A DNA stretch of 55,111 nucleotides from a virus (taxonomy: Duplodnaviria; Caudoviricetes), in IMG/VR virus record IMGVR_UViG_3300043777_000051, positions 1 to 55,111 of that record; one strand, given 5' to 3'. The number at the start of each line of letters is the position of its first letter. The first letter of the stretch is position 1. Below, piece by piece: positions 8,577 through 19,500 of this stretch. Below the pieces are notes generated by a model. That model was not told where the DNA came from and searched no databases. It saw nothing but the letters and a program-made list of their open reading frames with translations. The translations under genes and the position numbers were made by a program.

Positions 8577-8972
8577 TTAGTGACAGCCGCTTAGTGTCCA
8601 AACTCCCGCGCCAGAAATTGTCACTGATGTACAACTGAAACTCGCTGGCAAAGTTCCGCTAGGTCCGGGCGGCCCAATGGGGCCAGGCATGCCCTGAATC
8701 CCCTGCGCGCCCGTGGCACCAATCGGCCCCGGCGCTCCACTCGGACCCGCTGGACCCGGAACGGGATTGTAGGGCGCGTATGCAGAGCCGTTGTTCGTAA
8801 ATAGCGCGGGGCCGCCAGTTGCAGGCTCGCATACTGCAAATAAATTGGCCGCTGGAGTCGGGCAGGCTGTGCTGTTGGTCAAGGTGACCGAACTCCCTGC
8901 TTGCTGGCCGATGACAACTCCCACTAGAAACAGGATGACTACCGCAACGATCCAGCCATTTATGTTCTTCAT
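8577..8972 (-). CDS. signal-peptide protein with collagen-like GXY repeat
   Basis: MKNINGWIVAVVILFLVGVVIG; GPAGPSGAPGPIGATGAQGIQGMPGPIGPPGPSG. Confidence 0.8.
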   Translation of the reverse strand: MKNINGWIVAVVILFLVGVVIGQQAGSSVTLTNSTACPTPAANLFAVCEPATGGPALFTNNGSAYAPYNPVPGPAGPSGAPGPIGATGAQGIQGMPGPIGPPGPSGTLPASFSCTSVTISGAGVWTLSGCH

Positions 8973-8984
8973 AGTTTCCTCACT

Positions 8985-11900
8985 TTAGAAACACCCGCCC
9001 GGTTGGTTCGCATAGCCTAATGCAATACAGGTCGACACTAGCCGGACGTGACCCGAAGGGTAACATCCCGCCCCACTTCCACAGGAATTTCCCTCGCTGT
9101 CCGTATTGCTCGATCCCGACGTTACAAGCCGTCCGATGTTCGCCAGAATCCCGCCTTCACACTCAAACGTGCTGGCAGGGCTTGTTCCTGTGCTCGGATT
9201 CCCTGCAAAGCATCCTACGTGAGTAAGATTTGCAGTGCCGTCTAAACCCTTCTGTGGAGTCAACCAACTCCAAAAAGTATCTGTGTAGCAGGGCGTTCCT
9301 TGCGTAAATGGGCACGTCGCGGAGGGGTTCGCATACTTCCACGCCTGACTCGATTCCAGATTCTCATCGCCTACGAAGTCAAGCCCGATATTCTTTCCGC
9401 CTGTCTCGGAAATGTAAGCGCCGTACTTGAGGAAGGCGGTCAGGATATTGCACTGCCATAAGGGGACAGATGTGCAGATTGTCGCCAGTTGTGCCGGAGT
9501 GTAGTCCAACACTAAGAGCATCCCCGCCGAAATTCTGTTTGTGTTCTGTGGCCCGAAGATGCTGGAGCCGGGAGGGTCGCAAAGTCCGGGACTCTGATTC
9601 GCTGGGAACACGTAAGGCAATGAAGAATTCACGCAATCCACGGTGAACATTAGGGCATGGTTGATGCCGTTAATCAATTCAGACTCGCGAGTCATGGCCG
9701 CGCCGGGGCCGAATCCGTTGGAAGCATTCGAGCCATGTCCAGCGCTTGCCGTGTATCCGTAGTCAGCCCCCGTGAAGAAATTAGTCGCTGCCGATTGAAA
9801 CGTATTCGAGATGGCGCAAGCTGTCCCAGAAGTTGGACCACACCCGGAAGCCGTGGGCAGGTTCATAATATTCTGCGGACTGCTGCCAGAGTAAAACTCC
9901 ACAAACCATCCCGTAGCCTGATCCCAGCAGCTAATTTCATGTTCATCTCCGCCTGACCAATTCGCCGCATTTGGGCAGTGGAAGGCAATCGTCTGCTGTC
10001 CGGTCGGAGTAGCAAATGGGGCGGAGTACCACGGGTCAGAAGGAGCCGAATAGTAAACCGGATTGGCGAAGTCCGACGAACCCGGCGAGGCTTTCAGAAA
10101 CCGCCCCATATTCACCGGGTAGGTCAATTCAGGAACGGCCCCACAATCCGTCATGGCGCACTTCGCGATGTTGTCGCCATTCGTGTAGAGATGACTTAAG
10201 TAGTCCGCTGGCAGAGGTTTCGTGGTGATCGAATTTGCGTTCGCATAGTAGGACGGTATGATCGTGCTCTGCTGGTTAGTCAGGGAGTTCGTGCTGGCCG
10301 TGTTCGTTAGCAAGACAGGCTTGAGGCCCACAGGGGCATACCCGCCTGAGAGTGGATGAATAGTATTCGTCAAGTCTGTATACGAGGCGAAGCCTGTTTC
10401 CAGTTGCGGAAGTGCAGTGCAGTAAGGTGTGCCTCCATTGCAGTTCTGCGACGTGTCCCAAGTCATCTTGTCGCTGGCCGAACTGATTGTGATTGGAACG
10501 GTGTAGATCGTGCCGGAAGTGGTGCTGGGGCTAACGACATTTCCCGTCATCCATCCCGCGACAGTGCGGTAGGCTTGCCCGGCTATGCTTCCAACTAGGG
10601 GCAATGGGTTGCTGGAAGTCGCGTCCGCGTAGTAATAATCAGTCAGCCCGATTATGGGATTCGTTACCGATGCCCGGAGAATCAGCCCTCTCGCCACGTA
10701 AGAAGCGGCGTAATCGAGATTCGGACATTGCGCTGTCCCTACACATCCGTTTTCATCATCCATCAGCGGAGTAGGGAGGCCGTCAGCACTAATTTCCGAC
10801 TGCGCTTGTGCGTAGACGGTCAGGAATGCTTCTGGGTTCGCGTTCGCTCCAGCATTTCCGCGCCCATGGAAGTTTGTGTAGTCGAATGTCATTCTGCCTG
10901 TGACCGTTTGGGCTGCAACACTGCATCCACTCAGGGAAATGGCTGGAGCGTTGATCGAAGTCGTAACGAAGTTGTGCATCCACGTTGCCGCAGTAGGGCC
11001 ATGAAAGGAAACACTCAACATCTTGGATGATGGTGAGTAGCACTGCATCAGTTGGTAATAATCCCACGCGATGCGGACCATTCTGGCAAGGCTGATTGAA
11101 CTCGATCCACAAGTCGCTGGACTCCCGAACACGCACCAGAAGTTCGGGGAATCCGGCTCGTTCCAGCTTTCAAAGTATTGGAACTTGTTCGGATACCTCT
11201 GCATCAACGCTTGCATGAAAGACTGAAAGTGGGAGTTCGGTCCCGTACCGTCCGCATTAAGATCATTCATTGGCGTGCAGGCAAAGTCAGAAGTCCCACT
11301 GCACTGTGTGCCTCCAGCAAAGCCCAGAGCGGTTACCGTTCCGGAGGATACTGTGGTGATTGCGGCATCGTTTACCGTAACCTGATTGGCGCTCGTGTAG
11401 GTTGCAATATAAGTCGTGAAGGTACTTCCGCCAGTACCCGCTCCCGTGATTGAAATGGCTGGCCCTTCTGGAGTTGTGAAGGCGGTAAACGGTCCGTTAG
11501 GACACGTTAGGAGCTTTAGTCCACTCGTAATGCTGCAAGCCGTCCCTAAGACCGTCGTTCCCGCTGGCCCCGGAAGATAAGGACTAGGGTCACCGTGGCC
11601 CCACGCCGTTGTGTTGAAAGCAGGGACGGAACTTAGGGTATAAATCCCCGCCAAGGGACACGGCGGAGCGCCCCCGCCTGTCGTCTGGGTCAATCCCGGC
11701 ATGATGCTGTTTACTACGGTGTCAGCAAGGGCCCACGTATACACCCCTTGCGTCTTTTCAATCTGTGACCACTTTAGACCGCTGTCGTGCTGCCGGATTC
11801 CGTAGAACGGAATGATGCTGCCCGTCAAATCTACGGGGCACATGGTTGGCGGAGGAATCGGCGAGTGCTGATTGTTAAACCCTGACCAGAAAAGGCTTGC

Positions 11901-12914
11901 CTGCACTCCCGTAGGCGGAATCACGGCAAACGTGGCCGTGCAGGACTCTGCCGCGCTCATGGTTACGGTCGTAGTTGAAGCAGTTCCCGAACACCCTCCA
12001 GTCCCAGACCATGAAGTGAAGGTATAACCAGCGGGCGTGTGTTCCGTCAGAGTAACGGTGACTCCGGTCGTAAAAGCGATGTTCGTGCAGGTGGGCGAGC
12101 AGGAGACTCCGCTGGGACTGCTGGTGACCAAGGCTGTCCCTGTAGCCCCGCTCAGTGCGACTGTGAGCAATTGCGTGGGGGTTGGCACACCATCCCCTGT
12201 ACCCGTGAACATGTCTGGGCTGGTGGGGCTGTTGGAAACGACGGTGCATGTCGTGCCCTGCACTCCCGTAGCGGTCGGAGCGAATGTCAGGTTAAACGTG
12301 CAGCTTCCATTCGGCAGGACGGTTTGCCCAGAGCACAAATCGGCGGAGGTCGTGTAAACCGGAGAACCGCTGCAAGAGGCTGTGGCAATGACCAGATTGG
12401 CGTTCCCGACGTTGGTAATGGTCACTGTCTCAGTCTTATTCGTGTTGACTGTGACATTCCCGAAATCAAGTGGGTTAGGGCCGCGCTGAAACTGCGGTTG
12501 AGGGAGTGGTACGCCAGTGCCGGAGGCCGCAATCGTATCCCCAGAGGAATCTACTGTGATAATAGCGTTCTGGATTCCCGATGCCGTAGGAGTGAAGGTC
12601 AGGTTGAAGATGCAGGTGCCGCCCGGAATGATTGTTACACTCTGGCAGTTGGTGGCGAAAGTAAAGAGGGCGTTGTTTGAGGAAAATGTGCTAAGAACGC
12701 AGTTGGAGCCGCCCGTATTTGAGATCGTAACTGGGATTGTTTTGGCGGTGTTATTTGTGACGTTGCCGAACGCTACTGGATTTGGACTGTATCCGAACTT
12801 GCAAGCGGAGGGGGGTCCAACTGTGACGGTCACAGCTCCCGTCGCTGTTATGCCGTTGAAGGTCTGGCCCCACGCGGCAGCGCTCAGAAGCACGAAGATT
12901 AGAGTCAGTCTCAT
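8985..12914 (-). CDS. 1309-aa secreted multidomain protein: two ASH/Ig-like domains, B-repeat-like domain, clan GH-A glycoside-hydrolase-like domain
   Basis: signal MRLTLIFVLLSAAAWG; PNPxxFGNV...TITNxG repeats; KWSQIEKTQGVYTW, FESWNEPD, PLMDDENG. Confidence 0.7.
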   Translation of the reverse strand: MRLTLIFVLLSAAAWGQTFNGITATGAVTVTVGPPSACKFGYSPNPVAFGNVTNNTAKTIPVTISNTGGSNCVLSTFSSNNALFTFATNCQSVTIIPGGTCIFNLTFTPTASGIQNAIITVDSSGDTIAASGTGVPLPQPQFQRGPNPLDFGNVTVNTNKTETVTITNVGNANLVIATASCSGSPVYTTSADLCSGQTVLPNGSCTFNLTFAPTATGVQGTTCTVVSNSPTSPDMFTGTGDGVPTPTQLLTVALSGATGTALVTSSPSGVSCSPTCTNIAFTTGVTVTLTEHTPAGYTFTSWSGTGGCSGTASTTTVTMSAAESCTATFAVIPPTGVQASLFWSGFNNQHSPIPPPTMCPVDLTGSIIPFYGIRQHDSGLKWSQIEKTQGVYTWALADTVVNSIMPGLTQTTGGGAPPCPLAGIYTLSSVPAFNTTAWGHGDPSPYLPGPAGTTVLGTACSITSGLKLLTCPNGPFTAFTTPEGPAISITGAGTGGSTFTTYIATYTSANQVTVNDAAITTVSSGTVTALGFAGGTQCSGTSDFACTPMNDLNADGTGPNSHFQSFMQALMQRYPNKFQYFESWNEPDSPNFWCVFGSPATCGSSSISLARMVRIAWDYYQLMQCYSPSSKMLSVSFHGPTAATWMHNFVTTSINAPAISLSGCSVAAQTVTGRMTFDYTNFHGRGNAGANANPEAFLTVYAQAQSEISADGLPTPLMDDENGCVGTAQCPNLDYAASYVARGLILRASVTNPIIGLTDYYYADATSSNPLPLVGSIAGQAYRTVAGWMTGNVVSPSTTSGTIYTVPITISSASDKMTWDTSQNCNGGTPYCTALPQLETGFASYTDLTNTIHPLSGGYAPVGLKPVLLTNTASTNSLTNQQSTIIPSYYANANSITTKPLPADYLSHLYTNGDNIAKCAMTDCGAVPELTYPVNMGRFLKASPGSSDFANPVYYSAPSDPWYSAPFATPTGQQTIAFHCPNAANWSGGDEHEISCWDQATGWFVEFYSGSSPQNIMNLPTASGCGPTSGTACAISNTFQSAATNFFTGADYGYTASAGHGSNASNGFGPGAAMTRESELINGINHALMFTVDCVNSSLPYVFPANQSPGLCDPPGSSIFGPQNTNRISAGMLLVLDYTPAQLATICTSVPLWQCNILTAFLKYGAYISETGGKNIGLDFVGDENLESSQAWKYANPSATCPFTQGTPCYTDTFWSWLTPQKGLDGTANLTHVGCFAGNPSTGTSPASTFECEGGILANIGRLVTSGSSNTDSEGNSCGSGAGCYPSGHVRLVSTCIALGYANQPGGCF

Positions 12915-15900
12915 TGAATATCAACATCCACACACTTTTTGCCCGTAGGTGCGGAACTCGCGGCAATCGTGAGACTCGTTCCATACACTACGCTCGATAC
13001 CGAATAACTGAATCCGGCAACCGTATCGCAGGTAACGCCAAGATTTGTTCCTTGCGTTCTATCTTCCGTGATTGTGACTCGGCTGAATGGCTGGATGGCC
13101 GACGTATCAATCACCACGGTAGTAGCGGGACTCGGCCCAATCACCACAGTCATGTGTTTCGATGTGGTGCATAAGGCGGGATTCGCCTGCGTCCAGCACC
13201 CCAAACCGTAGCCTTCATTATTGATTGGAGCGTACTGAGCCGGGCATCCGAACCCTATGTCGCCCTCACTCCCAAAGGCCATTCCGAGGAAACTTGCAAC
13301 GTAGTTCGCCCCGAAATATTCCATCGAATTGAGGCAAGTCGGGGTTCCTCGATACAGCATTGTTCCTGCACTAGCCCTAAATGTCCCGTTCCCGGCCCTT
13401 CCTTGGCCTGTCAGGGCCACATTTCCGGGGAGTAATTGGACGAGCGGATAAAAGTTCTTGTTCCCCGTCTGTGATGATTGCACGGCATAACTGGTAAGGG
13501 ATGCTGGAGCAACATTGTCCAAGAACGTGCAGAGGTTGTGAATACTGCACGCTGTCGCTGGATTAATCCCCGAAGCCACAAGATAGGTTCCAGTTCCACT
13601 CGGCGCTGGTGGAAGAATGTTGTTGGAAGGAAATGCCCCGGAGACTCTCAGAAGATCATACGTCGCCACAGGCATGTAGCTGGAAGCCCCGTAGGTTCCC
13701 GAACCCCATCCGTACCAGTTCACCGTTACATTGTTGGCGCTGGGATCGTTCACTACTGCGTTGCCAATCAGCGTCGGGATTGAGAGGCAGTCTCCGCCCG
13801 AAGTGCAGCCCGTAACGGTGTTTTGATGGGCCACGAGGTAGTAGTACTGCTGGGTCGTTTGAGAAGCAGGAGTCGGTTGGAATTGCGGATACGCAGCGTC
13901 TCCGGCAGTGCTGAACCCTACGCCAGCGCCAAAAGTGATCGAGTGATTTACCAGCGGCTTGTTGAGTCCGCCAATCGACATGATCGCGGGGTTTCCCAGA
14001 GGAACACCCCACGGTGAAGCTACGCCAGCGTTCTCGAAGTGAATTCCAGCATTGATCGTGAACTGGCCAAAACCTCCCCGTTTCAAGCCAACGGTAATCC
14101 CTCCCGTTGAGTAGTCCTGACAAACATTCTGCCCTACGGTCCCGAAGTCGTTTCCTGAATACCAGCGCACGCAACTTCCTATAGTCGTAGACCCGACATT
14201 CACATTCGGCCCGTAAGAGAGAATCGCGGAATCTGGCCCGGAGGGGCCGGGAGCGAATACTGCTGAAGCCTGAAAGTCACTATCGAGTCTCCAGCCATAC
14301 CCGGCGTTCATGTCGATATTGTCTATTGAGGCTGACTGGTCGTTATTGAAGTGAAAGCCATTCCCCCCCTGCAAAGTAATCGTGTTTGGCGATACCCACT
14401 TGATGTCGTGAAAATGCGCTCCCTGTCCAGCGGCATCTTCAAAGTATGGCCCAGCAGGAAACGAGAGCGATGATCCGTTGTCGTGTGGAGAAAGATTCGT
14501 CACTCCCGGCGTTGCTTGCGTAATGTTGACTGTGCCGTTGGTGACTCCCGGAAGGCACGTAGACCCGCCGCCCGTCGTCAATACAAACTCGCCGTACCCG
14601 TACACCGTGGTCGGAAGCCCAGAGGCCGTTCCTGCAAGCCAGAGAAGCTGACCGGGAATGTTCGCGTAAAATCCTGCTGGACACGTAGGAATAGTCAATG
14701 TCGCGTTCGGAGAACTGCCGCTGATTGATCCTGTCGGAATGACGCTCCACGGCACATTCCCGGCAACCATAATGAGGTTCTTAATGTCGTAACCTTCGCC
14801 GCCTCCGCTAGCTCCAAACGAAGTCCCCGCCCCGACGTAGATAGCGGTATTGAAACTCGCGTGGGTGATTGTGGCAAAGTTCCCTGCAAGTAACGATGCT
14901 CCGCCCCGAACAAAGAGTGGAGCAGAGAGGGTATAGTTTGTTCCCGCAACAAGAGCAATGGAAATTCCCGGAGGCGCGACCGTGTAGTACGCTTCTTGAA
15001 TCCCAGAGGTTGCAGAGCCGATGATGTAGTTGGCCAGATGAGAATAGGCTGCCGTGAAAGTAATCGTTCCAGATGTGGCCCCGCTGGTGCAGGTGCCTCC
15101 GGTAATCAGGAACCATTCTGGAGTGGGATCGCCGCTTCCGGGACTCAAACTTAGATAGTGCGGACTATCCGTTCCATTCACCCCAAGAGGGCACGGCGTT
15201 AGAGTGACAGTATTTGATCCGGCAACGAGAGTTGTAGCCCCGCCTGTAACGATGGTACAGCCCGTAGCGCAAGCCGTGAAGTTGAAATTCGGCGTGACGG
15301 TAACCACACCCGAACTACTCCCGCTACTCCCGCCTCCGCAAGGTGCTTCCGGCGCTCCATCGCCAGTGCAATTCAGTACTCCATTGAGAGATCGGATTCC
15401 GAGTTGCCCCGCTGTCGGATTTGCTGGGCCGCTGCTGTCTGGTAAGCCAATGCAGCCCGGGACGATGTTGGGAGTCGTACACACCGCCAAGGGAGCACCA
15501 ACATAGATACTGCCGCCAACGTTAAAATTCAGGCCAACGGTCGCATTCCCTGAAAACGTGGCGTTTTGCCCTGCAAAAGTAAGCGCCGTCTGAGGATAGA
15601 TCGTGCTCCCCGTAACTCCGTAATATCCTGCCTGCCCCGCAGTTCCGGGCAAAACACTTCCAGTTCCGCCTCCGCTCCCCGGCAAAACCGGAGCCACTGC
15701 CCGGAGTTGCGTGGAAATATTCATGCTTGCCCCTGTGATAGTAATCAGGGCTTGGCCGCAATATTTTCCGGTCTGATCGCAGAAGTTGATTTGCCACTGC
15801 GAAGGCGTAGGCTGCACGATATTGTTGTCGGCCAGAACAAATCCGGAAGATAAGTTTCCAAAAGAATCACACCTCGCCCCAGAGTAGTTTGTCTGGAATA

Positions 15901-16075
15901 CGGAACCGGAGAGAAGATAAGGTCCGGGGGCGGATGACTGGCCTACGAAACTCGCGCTGTAGGTGCAGTTCTGGTAAGGAAGCCCGTTAGGATCAACGAT
16001 GGTCGCAGACACGCTGGTGTACTGTGCCCACCCAAGAGGACACCATAGCAATAATAAAAGTATAAATCTCTTCAT
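12911..16075 (-). CDS. 1054-aa signal-peptide-bearing tail fibre/spike-like protein
   Basis: MKRFILLLLLWCPLGWA|QYTSVSAT; G/T/S-rich beta-type composition; fibre position. Confidence 0.6.
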   Translation of the reverse strand: MKRFILLLLLWCPLGWAQYTSVSATIVDPNGLPYQNCTYSASFVGQSSAPGPYLLSGSVFQTNYSGARCDSFGNLSSGFVLADNNIVQPTPSQWQINFCDQTGKYCGQALITITGASMNISTQLRAVAPVLPGSGGGTGSVLPGTAGQAGYYGVTGSTIYPQTALTFAGQNATFSGNATVGLNFNVGGSIYVGAPLAVCTTPNIVPGCIGLPDSSGPANPTAGQLGIRSLNGVLNCTGDGAPEAPCGGGSSGSSSGVVTVTPNFNFTACATGCTIVTGGATTLVAGSNTVTLTPCPLGVNGTDSPHYLSLSPGSGDPTPEWFLITGGTCTSGATSGTITFTAAYSHLANYIIGSATSGIQEAYYTVAPPGISIALVAGTNYTLSAPLFVRGGASLLAGNFATITHASFNTAIYVGAGTSFGASGGGEGYDIKNLIMVAGNVPWSVIPTGSISGSSPNATLTIPTCPAGFYANIPGQLLWLAGTASGLPTTVYGYGEFVLTTGGGSTCLPGVTNGTVNITQATPGVTNLSPHDNGSSLSFPAGPYFEDAAGQGAHFHDIKWVSPNTITLQGGNGFHFNNDQSASIDNIDMNAGYGWRLDSDFQASAVFAPGPSGPDSAILSYGPNVNVGSTTIGSCVRWYSGNDFGTVGQNVCQDYSTGGITVGLKRGGFGQFTINAGIHFENAGVASPWGVPLGNPAIMSIGGLNKPLVNHSITFGAGVGFSTAGDAAYPQFQPTPASQTTQQYYYLVAHQNTVTGCTSGGDCLSIPTLIGNAVVNDPSANNVTVNWYGWGSGTYGASSYMPVATYDLLRVSGAFPSNNILPPAPSGTGTYLVASGINPATACSIHNLCTFLDNVAPASLTSYAVQSSQTGNKNFYPLVQLLPGNVALTGQGRAGNGTFRASAGTMLYRGTPTCLNSMEYFGANYVASFLGMAFGSEGDIGFGCPAQYAPINNEGYGLGCWTQANPALCTTSKHMTVVIGPSPATTVVIDTSAIQPFSRVTITEDRTQGTNLGVTCDTVAGFSYSVSSVVYGTSLTIAASSAPTGKKCVDVDIQ

Positions 16076-16104
16076 GCTATACTCGCGGCGAGGTTTTAAT
16101 TAAA

Positions 16105-16578
16105 ATGAAAACTCTGCTTGCTGTTATCTTTTTGTCCCTCGCATCCTTCGCTCAAACCACCATCAACTCGCAAGGCGGGACAATAGTCGCTAACCCGGAT
16201 TCCACTCTTGCAGTCGTAAATTCTCCCGTCACACTTGAAAACGGTTCTGCCGCCGATGGTTTCGTATCGTTCAACACAGGGCAGTTCGTTGCCGGAGGAA
16301 ACCTCACGACCTTGGCCTCGTACAATGCCGGAGGTAGTTTTATCGTTTCGGTTGCAGGGCAGTCGATCTTCAACGGCACGATTGATAGCGGGGCGACTTG
16401 GCTTAACGTGCTCAAGCAACGAGTCTCGACCTTTACCTTGACGGGAACGGTGACGAGTTTGGACGGCACGCACACGGGAAGTTTTGTGCTGACGACTCCG
16501 GCCATTGCGTTCAATCACTTCTCCGCAACGGGCGCGGGATCGTCCAGCGTGGCGAGTATCAACGTGACTTTGAACTGA
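16105..16578 (+). CDS. secreted beta-rich protein on the opposite strand (moron-like)
   Basis: MKTLLAVIFLSLASFA|Q signal; GAGG RBS; fits exactly between two minus-strand genes. Confidence 0.7.
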   Translation: MKTLLAVIFLSLASFAQTTINSQGGTIVANPDSTLAVVNSPVTLENGSAADGFVSFNTGQFVAGGNLTTLASYNAGGSFIVSVAGQSIFNGTIDSGATWLNVLKQRVSTFTLTGTVTSLDGTHTGSFVLTTPAIAFNHFSATGAGSSSVASINVTLN

Positions 16579-16580
16579 GA

Positions 16581-19500
16581 TCATTGGATCGTGCATCCCC
16601 CCACTGCCGTTCCTGTCGCGCCAGTTCCCGTTAAACTCACGGTCGGGCTAAACGTTCCGCTGGTTGCGCTGGCCGTGAAAGTGCCTGACATAGTTGCCTG
16701 AAACAGAGTGGCTGAGTTGGTAAGTGTGCTCGTCACAACGATATTTGAATTGGTAGTTGTGGAGGTACTAGCCGCCGAACCGATTGGTCCGCTTGTGCCC
16801 GCGATGCCGTTGCTGGTGCTAATATCCCCCATCTGAAAGGCGGCGCTCGGAGCTTGCGCCCACGTCACGCCTTCCGCGAAAGTCGGGGTTGTGCCAGCAA
16901 CGTTCGACCAGCCCATCGTGCAAGTCCAGTACCACGTCACGGCGGTGTTCGGCAGCGTGTAGGTACAGAGACTTACCGGAGAAAGCGCTAGAGTAAAGGT
17001 GCTGGTTGTCAGGGCGAAAGTGCAAGTGTTCATCGTCCCCTTGACCAGTGTGTTCATGTTTAGATATGGCGTCGTGCCCGGTGTAATGATTTGAGGTTTT
17101 ATGCCATTAAGAGCTAAGGACGGCCCGTTCGTCGCTGCGGTCGCCGGGGTTCCTGACTGCAAGGCAAGATAGAAGAAGTTGGTTGCGCCGAGTTTAATAT
17201 CAAGCGCCCGACTAGCATTGGCGGCGGCGGTGTTTGTGATTACCTCTTGAATGCCGATGGCTGCCCCTGTCGTATTCCAAGTTGGATTTACCTCCACTGC
17301 CGGGAGAACTTGAGAACCTGTAACCGAGTTGGCTACTTGTAGCGGAGTGGCGGTTGACCCTCCCAGCGTGTTGATTCCAACTTGATACGGAGTTCCTGCT
17401 GAGGTTGAGGCCGTGTGCTCATTGAAGGCTACCGCCGTGCGGCCAGAAGTTGTAGTCGCGGAACTGATAAGCAGCGGATTGTCGCCATCCTGAATTTCTG
17501 TAATCGCTCCAGTTGGGCTGATGATTTGATTTAGCGGGAGATTTGGGACTTGCGCCGCCGTGGAAAGCGTAAGATTCGCAACGGGAGTCGTACTCGTCAC
17601 GGTGAACGGTGCCGTACCCGTCGAAACTGTCGATACAAACGCTGGAGCGCTCACATTGCCCAGAGAGGTCAGCAGAGGCGTGGTGCAGTTCGAGCCGGAG
17701 AACGAGAGATTCAGTTGAGAAGTGCTGCCGACTTGCAGGTCGAGTAGTTTAGCTGCCGCTGCTGCCGCCGTGCAGGTGATGTTGCTCAGAATCGCCGCGT
17801 CCGGTGCGCCAGTAGTGTTCCACGTTCCTGTCTGACTTATGAACGGCGTAGTTAGCGCTCCTCCAACCGTACCAAAGGCTAACTGAAACTCACCAGAACG
17901 CCCTGCTGTGCCACTTCCTCCTGTGCCTGCCGTACCGATATTGAATACGAAGTCTCCTGCCGCTCCGGCTGTCCCTGTGCCTGCTCCGTTGCCACCGTTG
18001 CCGCTGGTGTAGGTTTGAGTTCCACCTGTTCCACCGTTGCCTTGGGTGCCGTTCGTACCCGCTCCACCGTTGCCTGAGGCGATAGCAATAGTTGAACCTG
18101 AACCGCCAGTCCCGGTATTAAAAGAAGTCGATTGTCCAGAGGCAGCAGCCACTTGAAATAGTGGCCCACGATTAGCTCCGCTCGTAGTAGATGCAGTCGA
18201 AAATCCCGCTCCGTTAATTAGAAATAAACCTCCCGTGCCAGCCGTGCCACCAGAAACGAAAGTACCTGGACGGCCCATTGTCATCGTAAAGTTGCCGCCA
18301 TTGCCTGCTGTACCGCCGCTTCCACCTGCTGCCCCTCCGTTGCCACTTTGCCAACTCCAAGAGCTTCCGTTCCCAGCGACTCCTGTTCCCGCCGAAACAC
18401 CACCAGCGCCGCCAGTAAGATTTAAGTGACCACCATTACCTCCGCCAGAGTTCGTGCCAGTTCCGGCTCCGCCTATGCCCGCCTGTATGTCTACGAAAGA
18501 CCCTTGCCCTCCGCTTTGTGTCGTGTTAGAAGTTGCTCCTCCAGTGACGGCTTGAATTAGTGTTGATGGCCCATTCGCTCCGCCACTACCTCCAGACGTT
18601 GAAGGGATTGCGGCGCCCGTAACGATGAACTGCCCGCCTTGGGACTGTCCTTGCAGCGTGCCTGGCGCTCCCAGTGTAATTGTGAAATTACCCCCATTGC
18701 CGTCTTGCGCTCCAGCGGTGGAATTCCCGCCTTGCCCGGTTGTGAAGTTAATCGGGCCGCCTACCTGACCGGTCTGGGCCGCGCCTCCTATCGCACTTCC
18801 ACCATTACCGGTAGTTACATTAAATGCTCCGCCCTGTCCGCCTTGACCTGTAGTCGCTCCTCCGTTCGAGCCGTTACCCGTCAGGAAGTTAATGGGCGCT
18901 CCCGCAAAGCCCGGAGATGATGCTGACGCTGCTCCTCCTGCTGCTGCTTGTGAAATGTTGATGACTGCTGGTGCGTTGGCTCCTGCTGGTGCGTTGGCTC
19001 CTTGGGTGATTTGCAGAGGAATGGAAGTGGAACCCGTTTGCGTTGTGATCTGGACTTCGACTGAGCCAGCCGAGGTAGATGCTGTCGTTTCTCCAAACGC
19101 TACACAATCCGCTCCTGCTACCAGAGCGCAGTTAATCGTCAGTGGATTGTCTGCGTCCGCGATGGTTGCGATTGGGCCTGTAGCGCTTAGAACACTACTG
19201 ATGGGAAGACTCGTCGTGCTGGATGGCGTGTGACAAGACCCGTCCGCACCAAGATACTGAGTACCGCTACAAGTTGACCACAGCGCAATAATGTCTGCGG
19301 ACGTGGCGATGCTGGGCACTCCCGTGACTGTGGTATTTTTAAGTGGGCCAGTCGCAAGACCGGAAAGCAACGTACCATTCAGGCCCGTGTTGACCATGAC
19401 TCCGGACCCAGAAAGTGTAGAATCCCCGCTCACCGTTACACCCTTCAACGTCGTAGCGGAAGTCCAAATCCCAACCTGATTAGTGACGGGTGTTCCGCTG

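Noticed and set aside
17900-18900. Tandem DNA repeat or DGR target in the Gly-rich fibre
   Set aside because: Repeats are at protein level only; no reverse transcriptase or TR/VR pair was seen.
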